This document shows positions 45,950 to 54,979 of a stretch of 64,000 nt of DNA, piece after piece. Numbering within the stretch: the stretch's first letter is position 1; every line of letters begins with the position of its first letter. The position numbers and the translations under genes are program-made. This stretch comes from a virus. The DNA lies in the IMG/VR virus record IMGVR_UViG_3300046539_000057, positions 3,499-67,498 of that record, one strand, 5' to 3'. The notes under the pieces were generated by a model. That model saw only the letters and a program-made list of their open reading frames with translations. It made no database searches and was not told the origin of the DNA.

Positions 45950-46917
45950 GCCGCCTCCCGCTCGTCGTCGTCCTGGCCGGGCTCGCGCGCCGGCGGGTTG
46001 TCGATCGTGCGCTTCGCATCGGCCTCGGTGGCGGTGGCCTTGAGGCGGCGCAGGTGGCCCTTGAGCGTGCCGCGCTGCTCCTCGCTCAGTGCGTGCTCCC
46101 ACCATGCCTTGAGGGTCACGACGCCCTTGGCGGCGGCCGCCTCGCCGGCTGCCAGCACCGCGTCGGCCGGCACGTTGGGCGTGGGCGCGAGCACCGGCGC
46201 GGACTGTCCCGCGATCTCGGCCAGGCCTTCCTCGTTGTCGACGTTCAGGCGCTGGATCGCCTCGGCCAGGCGCTGCGTCTTGGGCCAGGACTTGTAGGCG
46301 CGCTTGATGACCGTCTTCTTGGCCATCTCGGACCAGTCCGTCACCCACGGGCATTTCTTCTTCTTCTCGACCCAGGCCTTCCACGCGGTCGAGCGGTCGC
46401 GGATGGCGTTGACTTCGTCGGTCGTCATGGTCTGCGTGAGGTAGTCGCTATCCACCGTCTTGGCGACCACGTACACGCCGCGCACCTCGCCGCGGTCGGG
46501 CGAGAAGGCGTCGTACTCGTGTTGCGGCGGGCGGTCGTAGCCCAGGCGCTTGAACACGTCGCCGGCATAGACCACCTCGGCCTGGGCCCACTTGATGGAG
46601 CCCGAGTCGATGGCGATGTGCACCAGCCCCATGTAGGAGATGTCGAGGCAGATCTTGCCGTCGCGCGGGACGAGGTAGGCCAGCTTGAGCGCCGGGTTCA
46701 GGCTGATGCCGATGGCCGCCACGTTGGTGACGGCGTTCACCACCGACTGGCGGTTTTCCATCGCAATGCGCAGCGCGTAGTCGTTGCTGCCGAGGATCTG
46801 CAGCGCGAAGCCGGCCTCGCGCTCGAACTTGAGCGACTTGTCGACCAGCGCCGACTCGAACGCGGTGCGCGTGGCGTGGATCTCGTCGGTGATGACCTGC
46901 AGGGCGTTACTGGACAT
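45946..46917 (-). CDS. recT: RecT-family single-strand annealing protein
   Basis: AAIGISLNP..K.AYLVPR, ISY.GL, PW.TDW.EMAKKTV.KRA.K.WP. Confidence 0.95.
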   Translation of the reverse strand: MSSNALQVITDEIHATRTAFESALVDKSLKFEREAGFALQILGSNDYALRIAMENRQSVVNAVTNVAAIGISLNPALKLAYLVPRDGKICLDISYMGLVHIAIDSGSIKWAQAEVVYAGDVFKRLGYDRPPQHEYDAFSPDRGEVRGVYVVAKTVDSDYLTQTMTTDEVNAIRDRSTAWKAWVEKKKKCPWVTDWSEMAKKTVIKRAYKSWPKTQRLAEAIQRLNVDNEEGLAEIAGQSAPVLAPTPNVPADAVLAAGEAAAAKGVVTLKAWWEHALSEEQRGTLKGHLRRLKATATEADAKRTIDNPPAREPGQDDDEREAA

Positions 46918-48007
46918 GGGTGCTCTCCTCGGGCAGGGCGGCGGCGATGGACTGGTCGACCTGATCGGCGATCCAGCTGGGCAGCAGGGCGGTGTCGGCG
47001 TTCCAGGCCTGCACGCTGGTGAGCGCGACCAGCATCACGGCGGCGGCCGCTTCCATGCGCTGGGCGGCGGCGGCGGCGGCGCGCAGCTGGGCGGCCTGCA
47101 GTTCGCGCTCGGCGGCGGCGGCGGCGTCGGCGATGGCCTGCGCACGTGCGGCGGCCTCGCGGGCCTCCTGGTCGCGCTTGGCCTGCGCGGCGCGCTCGGC
47201 CAGCTGCTCGCGCTCGACGGCGGCCTGGCGCTCGCGCTCGGCGGCCTCGGCGATCTCCTGCTGGTGGCGCAGGGCGGCCTGCTGGCGCTCGAGCTCCGCG
47301 CGCTGCTCGGCCAGGATGCGCTCCTTCTCGGCGCGCTCGGCGGCCAGCTGCGCCTCGATGGCCTTGCGGTCGGCCTCGGCCTGCTCCCGCGCGGCCGCGG
47401 CGTCGTACAGGTCGCTCAGGCGCTTCAGGGTCTCGGCGATGGCGCGGTCTGCCGCCGGCGCGAACTCGCCGAACGTGGCCGAGTCGGTGAGGGTGACGAG
47501 GTCGATCGCCGAGGAGATCGCCTCGGCGCTGGCGTTGAGCATGTCCAGTGGCACGGCGCGGATCGCGTCCAGGCGCTGCATGAGGGCGTCGCGCGCCTCG
47601 CGCTCGGCCTGCTCGCGGGCGGCCTTCTCGGCGGCGCGGCGGTCCTCCTCGGCCTTGATCTGGTTGTGGATCGGCTCCTCCAGGTCCAGCAGGCGCAGGG
47701 CAATCGCGTCGCCTCGCGCGTCGACCTGCTTCTTGAGCCCGTTCAGGCGCTTCTTGGCGTCGTCGACCGCATTGGCGACGCTGTAGCGCACCTCGCGGAT
47801 CTCCTGGCGGGCCTTGCGCGCGGCGTCCATGCCGGCGCCCCTGGTGACGTCGTACACGACGCCCTTGAAGGCCTCCTCGAGCGTGGCCAGGCCCTGCTCG
47901 ACGCGGGTGCAGATGGCCAGCGCGGTGCCGACGGTGTCGGGGGCGGCGTCGACCACTTCGGTCGCGGGCTCCAGCATCTCGATGCTGGGGTTGCTCATGT
48001 CGGTCAT
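46907..48007 (-). CDS. Coiled-coil protein (DUF1351-like position upstream of recT)
   Basis: GGAGG RBS; long Ala/Glu/Arg heptads. Confidence 0.75.
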   Translation of the reverse strand: MTDMSNPSIEMLEPATEVVDAAPDTVGTALAICTRVEQGLATLEEAFKGVVYDVTRGAGMDAARKARQEIREVRYSVANAVDDAKKRLNGLKKQVDARGDAIALRLLDLEEPIHNQIKAEEDRRAAEKAAREQAEREARDALMQRLDAIRAVPLDMLNASAEAISSAIDLVTLTDSATFGEFAPAADRAIAETLKRLSDLYDAAAAREQAEADRKAIEAQLAAERAEKERILAEQRAELERQQAALRHQQEIAEAAERERQAAVEREQLAERAAQAKRDQEAREAAARAQAIADAAAAAERELQAAQLRAAAAAAQRMEAAAAVMLVALTSVQAWNADTALLPSWIADQVDQSIAAALPEESTHVQ

Positions 48008-48222
48008 TGGTCCCTCCGGGGGTTCTGGTTGAAGGCGATCTCGGCGCGCCACTCGGCGATCTGTGCGGTGATGGCCTCGGCCTGCGCGAGGTCGCGCTGG
48101 ATCTGCTCGCACAGGCCGCGGTGGTCGCGCTCGGCCTCGCTGATGCGGTAGGCCAGCCACAGCCGGCGGATGGCGCGGCGCAGCGGGCTCGCGGCGGGGG
48201 AGGCGAGGAGGGCGGTGCTCAT
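48004..48222 (-). CDS. Hypothetical protein
   Basis: ATGA coupling on both sides. Confidence 0.65.
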   Translation of the reverse strand: MSTALLASPAASPLRRAIRRLWLAYRISEAERDHRGLCEQIQRDLAQAEAITAQIAEWRAEIAFNQNPRRDQ

Positions 48223-48611
48223 GCGCCACCCCGCGCGGCCAGCATCTGGTCGGCGTAGTACCAGCGCCACTCGAAGAAGCGCGTGGCCTTGCGGGACTCC
48301 TCCGCGGCGCCGCGCGCGACCCAGGATTCGCGCGAGGCCTGATTGGCCAGCGCGGCGATGGGCTTGAGGCGATCCGGCAGGTCGGCCAGTTCGAGGTAGC
48401 CGTCGTGCTCCGACTGGCGCATCAGGTCCAGGTCATTCATCGAGAGGGCCCTGTAGCCGGGCTGCAGGCGCAGCGCCTCGGTGATGTTCAGGCCCTCGGG
48501 CAGGTCGGCCCAGGCGAACCAGGCCGGCACCTCCGGCGCGTGCGCGGCGAAGTATTCGCGCACCGTCAGCGTTTCGGATGCGATGAAGCTGCCGTAGCGG
48601 TCAGTCGTCAT
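48219..48611 (-). CDS. Hypothetical protein
   Basis: GGAGG RBS; T.REYFAAHAP and YADQML.AR motifs. Confidence 0.75.
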   Translation of the reverse strand: MTTDRYGSFIASETLTVREYFAAHAPEVPAWFAWADLPEGLNITEALRLQPGYRALSMNDLDLMRQSEHDGYLELADLPDRLKPIAALANQASRESWVARGAAEESRKATRFFEWRWYYADQMLAARGGA

Positions 48612-48916
48612 TGGCCGGCCTCCGCGACGGTGGTGGCGGTGGAGGAGCACAGCGCGGCGGCGGCCGCGGCGGCGACCGCGTCCTCCTGCTGGCCGGGCAA
48701 GTCCTGGCGGGCGGCCAGCGCGCAGAACGACGCGATGGCGATGGCCAGTCCGACGGCGACCAGCCAGGTCGAGATGCGGTCGAACACCATCGCCTCGGTC
48801 AGGCGGCAGGCATCGCGGGTGGGGCAGGGCACCTCGCCCGAGTTGCAGGCGCCGGTCAGGCAGGCCGAGACCATCGGCTCGACGGGCCGCTCTCGGTGCA
48901 TGTGGATGATGGGCAT
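48608..48916 (-). CDS. Small Cys-cluster/membrane protein
   Basis: AGGAG RBS; C..G.C..G...CP...AC and one TM segment. Confidence 0.65.
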   Translation of the reverse strand: MPIIHMHRERPVEPMVSACLTGACNSGEVPCPTRDACRLTEAMVFDRISTWLVAVGLAIAIASFCALAARQDLPGQQEDAVAAAAAAALCSSTATTVAEAGQ

Positions 48917-48925
48917 GCGGCGCTC

Positions 48926-49213
48926 CTAGACCAGCGGGTAGGCCGGGAAGGCGGCGCCGCTCTTGCACCACGGGTGGCACAAGGCGTTCCAGGTGGCGAA
49001 GTCGGGGTCGAGCTCGCGCTGCTCGTCGAGCAGTTCCTTGCGTTCGGCGCGACCGCGCTGGACCCAGCGCATGTCGTCGCTGAACTCGTGCGACCAGTCG
49101 TGGCGCTTCAGCAGCGCCCGGTAGTGCGCCTTGCGCTGCTCGATCGTGGTGGCCGGCGGCGGCGCGATCCCGCGCAGCGCCTCGACAAATACCGGGTGAA
49201 GATTGCCTGACAT
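48926..49213 (-). CDS. First gene of the leftward early operon, hypothetical
   Basis: AAGGAGG RBS; HDW...FSDD motif. Confidence 0.75.
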   Translation of the reverse strand: MSGNLHPVFVEALRGIAPPPATTIEQRKAHYRALLKRHDWSHEFSDDMRWVQRGRAERKELLDEQRELDPDFATWNALCHPWCKSGAAFPAYPLV

Positions 49214-49237
49214 CGAACCCTCCTTGTTGGAGAGCCA

Positions 49238-49277
49238 ATGATAGGCAAGAACGTCCTCCGACGCAAGAACTTCTAGC
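49238..49277 (-). promoter_or_regulatory. PL-like promoter with operator
   Basis: TTGCGT-17-TATCAT on minus; GCAAG-N5-CTAGC (49263-49277) overlaps the -35. Confidence 0.65.
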
Positions 49278-49319
49278 GCGCGGCGGCCGGCGTTGCGCCG
49301 GCGCCGCAGTCTGCGCTAT

Positions 49320-49976
49320 TCAGTGTTGCGGCACGGGCTCGAGCATCATCAGATGCCCGGCGACGAGCTCGATGCTCTCGATGTCGACGCGCTGCAGCGT
49401 GGTCGCAGCATAGGTCTCATTGAGCGCCATCAGGTGCACCTCGTCGTCGCGCTCCCACGCCAGCACGGCCAGCAGCACGCCGCCATCCTTGCAGCGCACG
49501 AGCACGTCCATGCCGGGGCCCGGCGGGCTGGCGGGGGAGACCACGATCAACTCGCCCGAGCGGAAGCGCGGCGCGGTCATGTCCCCGCGTACACGCATGG
49601 TGTACGCCTTCGGGTCTGTGATGGGAAAGTGAACATGGCCCTTGGGCTCGTCGTACTGCAGCACTTGCAACTTCCCGTCCTCGATGCCCCGGATTTCTCC
49701 GGCAATCGGCAACGGTACCGTAGCGTGACGCTGTTGCACTCGTTCCGCGTGCGTAACAGGCGGACCCAGCAATTCCTCCACGGAAACGCCTAGAACTTGT
49801 GCGACCACCGCTAGACGGGTGTGGCGCGGGGCCGACATGCCGTTCTCCCATTGCTGCACGGTTTGCCGCAGCAGCGGTTTTTCCAGCCCCTCCTTGATGG
49901 AGACAGCGTATGCTAGCTGTTCCTGCGTCATCGCCTTGTGGAGGCGCAGCTGCTTGATCCGTTGATGGATGTCCAT
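49320..49976 (-). CDS. cI: CI-like repressor (XRE HTH plus degenerate S24 domain)
   Basis: IKQLR....MTQ.QLA...TVQQWENG...P HTH; MRVRGD..PR..SG S24 fold; divergent from cro. Confidence 0.9.
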   Translation of the reverse strand: MDIHQRIKQLRLHKAMTQEQLAYAVSIKEGLEKPLLRQTVQQWENGMSAPRHTRLAVVAQVLGVSVEELLGPPVTHAERVQQRHATVPLPIAGEIRGIEDGKLQVLQYDEPKGHVHFPITDPKAYTMRVRGDMTAPRFRSGELIVVSPASPPGPGMDVLVRCKDGGVLLAVLAWERDDEVHLMALNETYAATTLQRVDIESIELVAGHLMMLEPVPQH

Positions 49977-50013
49977 ACGGTCCCCCAACGCGAACAGGTT
50001 GGCGATAGGTAGC

Positions 50014-50042
50014 TTGCTTTTTTGGGCAAGAGGCTCTAGCAT
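50014..50042 (+). promoter_or_regulatory. PR-like promoter with operator
   Basis: TTGCTT-17-TAGCAT; GCAAG-N5-CTAGC (50026-50040) matches the PL operator. Confidence 0.65.
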
Positions 50043-50079
50043 CATCATCATTCCTTTCCTTGGCTTGTCACTGACTTCC

Positions 50080-50334
50080 ATGCGCACCCCCCAAGAACGA
50101 GAGCGCGCCATCCAGGCGGCCTGCAAGGCCGTCGAAATGCTAGGCGGGCCGTGTCTTGCCGCGCGCCGCTTGAAGGTGAAGGACAACCGCCATCAGACGG
50201 TGCAGTCCTGGATGCGAACCGGGGTGCCGGCCCACTGGGCGCCGGTGATCGAGACCGAGCTCGCCGGGCGCGTCACGCGCCAGCAGCTGCGTCCGGCCGA
50301 CTGGCACCTGCTGTGGCCGCACCTGCTGCACTAG
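50080..50334 (+). CDS. cro: Cro/YdaS-like regulator
   Basis: A....GG...AA.L.V....TV..W...GVP.....IE....G.VT...LRP.DW...WP. Confidence 0.85.
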   Translation: MRTPQERERAIQAACKAVEMLGGPCLAARRLKVKDNRHQTVQSWMRTGVPAHWAPVIETELAGRVTRQQLRPADWHLLWPHLLH

Positions 50335-50384
50335 ATCGCTTCCAGCCGTTCGCCATCAACGCAAATTCGTCGGAGAGCATCAGC

Positions 50385-50678
50385 ATGCTATTGCGCAGCG
50401 CCTTGCGGACGGCTAGAGCAGCCCACGCCGAGTCGGATATCTGCTTGTCGATCGCCGACGCGCGCACCGTCAAGGTCGGCGCCTGGCTCACCCCCGACGA
50501 GCAGGAGGCGTTCGCTCGCAAGGCGCGGGAGGTGGGATACCGCTCGGTATCGGACTGCATGCGGGACTTGGTGCTCATGACGACGTCCGGTGGTGTTCTC
50601 GGCGTGATGGATCTTCAGCGGCAGCGCCTGGACGCGTTGGTCCGAAACCGGCCCTCTGAGGCCACCACGCAACAATAA
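50385..50678 (+). CDS. CII-position ribbon-helix-helix-like regulator
   Basis: GGAG RBS; V...LT..E...F...A...G..S.S...RDL pattern. Confidence 0.55.
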   Translation: MLLRSALRTARAAHAESDICLSIADARTVKVGAWLTPDEQEAFARKAREVGYRSVSDCMRDLVLMTTSGGVLGVMDLQRQRLDALVRNRPSEATTQQ

Positions 50679-50686
50679 CTTGCGTC

Positions 50687-51030
50687 ATGGCCGATCGTAC
50701 TGCGTTGATGCAACAACTTGCACCCCCTGCGCCACCCTGCTTCGGCTCGCGGATGCAGTGGATCGAGTGGCTGGCCTCATCGGTGGCCGCTCAGAAGCAC
50801 GGACGCGAGAGTGCGGCTTTGTTGCGCAATGGCGCAACCCCTAGGAACGGATCGTTCGCCGTTTTCGACCTGACCGTCAATTTCTGCGTCGACTGCGCCC
50901 ACGACAAGGCATGGCGCAGCGCGCACAGGGGCAAGGAATGCCGTCCCGACTGGCTACAGCAGTTTGCGCCGCGACAGCCCATCGTCAGCGCCGTAAGGGT
51001 TATCGAGCATGAGATGGAGGAGGCCGAATG
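50687..51030 (+). CDS. Cys-containing hypothetical domain; no own stop, frame stays open to 52240
   Basis: APPCF....QW.EW and FC.DC motifs; the end coordinate is approximate. Confidence 0.55.
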
Positions 51031-51342
51031 TCTGTCGATTGCCACACCGAGCGTGAAGTCCAGCGCAGAACGTTCCGCCTCGACCTGTTCAAGCGCCGCG
51101 GCGTCACCGGCGAGCGCGCCGGCTTGCTCGTCGACCGGCTCACCCTGCGCGACCGCGCCTTCCGCGACGACCGGCGCATGTGCATCGAGTGCAAGCACCT
51201 GCAGGCCGACCACTCCCGTTTCGGCCGCGGTTGCTTTCAAGCCCAGCACGGCCTCCTCGGCCCAGGCGTCGACCGCCGGCTCACCCCCGTCTACGACGTC
51301 CTGCAGCGCTGCCACCGATTCGAGTTCGTCACCCCGAGATAA
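51028..51342 (+). CDS. Zinc-binding hypothetical protein
   Basis: GGAGGAGG RBS; L..RD...DDRRMC.EC..L and LQRC..F motifs. Confidence 0.8.
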   Translation: MSVDCHTEREVQRRTFRLDLFKRRGVTGERAGLLVDRLTLRDRAFRDDRRMCIECKHLQADHSRFGRGCFQAQHGLLGPGVDRRLTPVYDVLQRCHRFEFVTPR

Positions 51343-51346
51343 CGCC

Positions 51347-52240
51347 ATGCTGCAACGCCACCCCCTGTCGGCCCTGCTGCCGGACTTCACGCCCGAGGAA
51401 TTCATCGGCCTGCGCGAAAGCATCTTGCGCATTGGTGTGCAGGAACCGATCGTTCTGTTCGAGGGCATGGTGCTGGAGGGCTGGAATCGTTACTCGATCT
51501 GCTCGCAAGAGCATGTGACGTGCCCGAGCCGCCTGCTCGACGAGGCCACCGATCCGGTCGAATATGTGCGCTCGCGCACCCGCGGCCGCAACATGAGCCA
51601 GTCGCAGCTGGCGCTGCTGGAGGTGTCGCTGCGCGAGTGGCGCGGCACCGGCCGGCCCGCCGGAAACCCGGCAGCCGCTGCCGGGTTTAGCGCCGCCACC
51701 AGCGCCGAGATGGCTGCCGAGGCGGGCGTGTCCGAGCGGATCATCCGCCAGGCCAAGGTCGTGCACGCCCAGGCGGTCGAGCCGGTGCGCCAGGCGGTCA
51801 AGGACGGCAAGCTCTCGGCCGAGCGTGCCGCGCACATCGCCAAGCTGCCGGCCGACGAGCAGGAGCCGGCGCTCACCGCCCCGCGCGCCCTGGCCGTCGC
51901 CCTGGAGGCGGCAGCAAACCCTGCACCGGCTGCCGGGTTTGAGGAGGACGCCTACGACAGCCCGATGCAGCTGCTCGAGCAGCAGGAGGTGCGCATCAAG
52001 GAACTGGAGGCGATCGTCGCCGCGGTGCAGGCCGACGACACCGCCGCCAAGATCATCCAGCTGCAGACCCAGCTGATGGTCGCGCAGCGCCGCTCCGGCG
52101 AACTGCAGCAGGCCGTCGCCGAGCGCGAGGGCGAACTGAAGAAGCAGGCCAACATCCTGCGCGCGCTGGGCGACCTGCTCGACGAGCCGCTGCCCAACAA
52201 GCTGGTCGCCGCCGTCAAGGCCCTCAAGGCCAACGCCTGA
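51347..52240 (+). CDS. ParB-like protein (ParB N-terminal domain, HTH, coiled coil)
   Basis: HP.S..LP.....EF..L..SI...G...PI......LEG.NR; SAEMAAEAGVSERII HTH; V.DG.LS...A. Confidence 0.8.
   Translation: MLQRHPLSALLPDFTPEEFIGLRESILRIGVQEPIVLFEGMVLEGWNRYSICSQEHVTCPSRLLDEATDPVEYVRSRTRGRNMSQSQLALLEVSLREWRGTGRPAGNPAAAAGFSAATSAEMAAEAGVSERIIRQAKVVHAQAVEPVRQAVKDGKLSAERAAHIAKLPADEQEPALTAPRALAVALEAAANPAPAAGFEEDAYDSPMQLLEQQEVRIKELEAIVAAVQADDTAAKIIQLQTQLMVAQRRSGELQQAVAEREGELKKQANILRALGDLLDEPLPNKLVAAVKALKANA
51664..51940. repeat. 25-bp palindrome copies 4 (51664-51688) and 5 (51916-51940, hybrid) inside the ParB-like gene
   Basis: Copy 4 is identical to 7372-7396; copy 5 combines arms of both variants. 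Confidence 0.85.
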
Positions 52241-52245
52241 CCGCC

Positions 52246-53778
52246 ATGGGCGCCCCGGAGCTTCGTGACTACCAGCTGGACGCCGTCCAGCAAGCCCGCG
52301 ACCACATCCGCAACGGGCGCCGGCGCGTGCTCATCTGCGCGCCCACGGGCAGCGGCAAGACCGTGATCGGCACTCACCTGATCCACGAGTGCGTCAACAA
52401 GGACCGCACGGCGAAATTCATCGTCGACCGCACCTCGCTCATCAACCAGACGTCCAAGGCCTTCGACAAGGCCGGCGTCGACCATGGCGTGATCCAGGCC
52501 AGCCACTGGCGCCACCGGCCCCACCACCGCGCCCAGGTGTGCTCGGTGCACACGCTGCGCCGGCGCAAGGGCATGGGCCCGTCGAACCTGAACATCGTCG
52601 ACGAGGCGCACACCCTCGACAAGTTCACGACCGGCATGCTGGCCACCGCCAAGGACGGCAAGGGCGAGGTCTTCATCGGCCTCACCGCGACCCCGTTCAC
52701 GAAGGGACTGGGCAAGCATTACGACGCGATCATCAACGTCACCACGACGGACAAGCTGATCGAGCAGGGCTGGCTGGTCCCCTACCGGATCTTCTCCTGC
52801 GTCGAGCCCGACATGCACGGCGTGCCGGTGGTCGCCGGCGAGTGGCAGGAGGCGGGCGCCGCCTCGGCCGCGCTGGAGGTGGTCGGCGATGTCGTGCAGG
52901 AGTACCTGACGCACGGCGAGGGCCGCACCTTCATCTGCTCGGCCGTCAACACCGATCACGTCGAGGAGCTGGTGCGCCAGTTCCAGGCCGCCGGCATCAA
53001 CGCCGTCAGCTACACGTACCGCGACGGCGACGAGGAGCGCGACGAGACGCTCGAGGAGTTCATCAAGCCCGACACCACGATCCGCGGGCTGGTGACGGTC
53101 TCCGCGGCGTCCAAGGGCTTCGACAAGCCCGACCTGGGCTGCGTCATCATGGCCCGGCCGCTTCGCAATTCGCTCGCCGAATTCATTCAGCTGTTCGGCC
53201 GCGGATTGCGCATCGCTCCCGAAACCGAGAAACAAAATTGTCTCGTGCTGGATCACAGTGGCAATTGCGCCCGCTTTTGGGACAAGTGGCAGTATTTCTT
53301 TGCGAACGGCTGGAGTGAATTGGACGACGGCAAGAAGAAGGCCGAGCCCAAGATCAAGCCCAACGAAGAAGCGCAGCCGGTCAAGTGCCCGTCCTGCGGC
53401 CACCTGCACAAGTTCCGCCCGACGTGCCCCAACTGCGGCCACGTCTACCCGAAGGCCACCGCCAAGGTCGAGCACAAGGTCGGCACGCTGACCGAGCTCA
53501 TCGCCAGCGGCAACCGCGCGCAGCTGTCGCGCGACCTGTGGCCGCAAGTCTGCGCCCACGCCCGCGCGCGCCGGCCCGGTGACGAGGCGGCGGCGAAGAA
53601 GATGGCGCTGGCGCTCTACAAGGACATCACCAAGACGTGGCCCACGACCGACTTCGACCGCACCGAGTCGAAGCCGATCACCAACGCCGTCTACGAGAAG
53701 ATCCGCGCCGCGCAGATCAAGTTCGCCTACAAGCGCGGCGCTGCTGCCAAGCATGAGGCGGGGAGGGCAGGGGCATGA
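52246..53778 (+). CDS. SF2 DEAH helicase with C-terminal zinc ribbon
   Basis: LRDYQ, APTGSGKT, DEAH, GLTATP, GFD.P, Q..GRGLR, CPSC..CPNC. Confidence 0.95.
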   Translation: MGAPELRDYQLDAVQQARDHIRNGRRRVLICAPTGSGKTVIGTHLIHECVNKDRTAKFIVDRTSLINQTSKAFDKAGVDHGVIQASHWRHRPHHRAQVCSVHTLRRRKGMGPSNLNIVDEAHTLDKFTTGMLATAKDGKGEVFIGLTATPFTKGLGKHYDAIINVTTTDKLIEQGWLVPYRIFSCVEPDMHGVPVVAGEWQEAGAASAALEVVGDVVQEYLTHGEGRTFICSAVNTDHVEELVRQFQAAGINAVSYTYRDGDEERDETLEEFIKPDTTIRGLVTVSAASKGFDKPDLGCVIMARPLRNSLAEFIQLFGRGLRIAPETEKQNCLVLDHSGNCARFWDKWQYFFANGWSELDDGKKKAEPKIKPNEEAQPVKCPSCGHLHKFRPTCPNCGHVYPKATAKVEHKVGTLTELIASGNRAQLSRDLWPQVCAHARARRPGDEAAAKKMALALYKDITKTWPTTDFDRTESKPITNAVYEKIRAAQIKFAYKRGAAAKHEAGRAGA

Positions 53779-54698
53779 GGTTCGAGGACGCCCTGCGCTC
53801 GGCCGGCCTGCTGCCCAAGGCCATCGTGGCCGACGGCGTGATCCGCCGCTGCGGCACCGCGGAGAAGCCGCGCAGCGACAACGGCTGGTACGTGCTGCAC
53901 CCGGACGCCCGCGGCCACTGGGGCGACTGGTCCTGCGGTTCCGGCGAGGTGCTGGGCACCTGGAAGGACGAGACCGCGAAGTTCGACCCGGCCAAGATGG
54001 AGCGCATCCAGCGCGAGGCCACCGCACGGCGCGCGCAGGAGCGCGAGGACACCCTCAACGCCATCCAGGGCGCCCGGCGCTTCTGGAGCGACGCCAGCCC
54101 GCTCTCGCGGCCCCACAAGTACATCGCAGACAAGGGGCTCACCCCCGAGGGCTGCGCCACGCTGCGCACGCGCGACGGCCTGCTGCTGGTGCCGATGCTC
54201 TGGCACGGCGAGCGCGGCGTGTCGCTGCTCAACGTGCAGACGATCACGCTCGACGGCGAGAAGCTGTTCCGCAAGGGCGCGCCGAAGAAGGGGACGTGTT
54301 GCGTTCTCGATCGCCCCCGCTACGCTGTCACGGCACTGGTGGAGGGCTTGGCGACCGGCCTTGCGATCTACCAGTCGGTGCGCATGGCGCGCGTCGTCGT
54401 GTGCTTCGACGCCGGCAACCTGCTTGCCGTGGCCGAGCAGCTGCGCAAGGTCGGGCAGCTGCTCGGCTCGACCGTGGTGTGTGCCGACAACGATCTGGGC
54501 ACGCTGGAGCGCCGCGGGTTCAACCCCGGCATGCAGTTCGCCAGCAAGGTCTCCGAGGCCACTGGGGCCGGCGTGGCCGCTCCCGAGGGCATCGAGGGCA
54601 CGGATTGGGCCGACGCGCTCAAGGAGTGGGGCGAGGGCGGTGCACGGCGCATCGAGCGCCAGGTGCTGGCCAAGGCGAGGCTCGTCATGCCGCCTTGA
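53775..54698 (+). CDS. TOPRIM-domain primase
   Basis: Y...KG, LLVPM, Q.I..DG.K.F, EG.ATG, FDAGNL, ADND, DW.D. Confidence 0.92.
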   Translation: MRFEDALRSAGLLPKAIVADGVIRRCGTAEKPRSDNGWYVLHPDARGHWGDWSCGSGEVLGTWKDETAKFDPAKMERIQREATARRAQEREDTLNAIQGARRFWSDASPLSRPHKYIADKGLTPEGCATLRTRDGLLLVPMLWHGERGVSLLNVQTITLDGEKLFRKGAPKKGTCCVLDRPRYAVTALVEGLATGLAIYQSVRMARVVVCFDAGNLLAVAEQLRKVGQLLGSTVVCADNDLGTLERRGFNPGMQFASKVSEATGAGVAAPEGIEGTDWADALKEWGEGGARRIERQVLAKARLVMPP

Positions 54699-54699
54699 A

Positions 54700-54905
54700 G
54701 CGACCTCGATGTCGCCTGTGGTCGCGCAACGGCAGCAGCGCAGGATGACACGAACCCCTACTGTGAGGACAAACGTGGAGGCAGGGGAAAGCGGTGGCGA
54801 AGCTAGCGCCGCAACGTTGAACGGCTGGCGGGTCGAGCGGCTCCGAATACGGGTACTCGTGAAGGTCACGCCTTGCTATGCAAGGAGGGCGGGGCCTTCC
54901 CACCA
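54700..54905 (+). ncRNA. Candidate structured ncRNA/origin element downstream of the primase
   Basis: At least five predicted stems in a ~280-bp intergenic gap. Confidence 0.45.
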
Positions 54906-54979
54906 AACCGGGTCAAACGCAAAGAGAGCAGCGTTAAACGCAAGTCACAGTGTATTTCTGACAACGGGAGGGGATCTCG

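Noticed and set aside
7372-51940. The palindromes as CRISPR repeats or terminators
   Set aside because: Dispersed and intragenic, with no spacers or cas genes, a 1-nt loop and no long U tract
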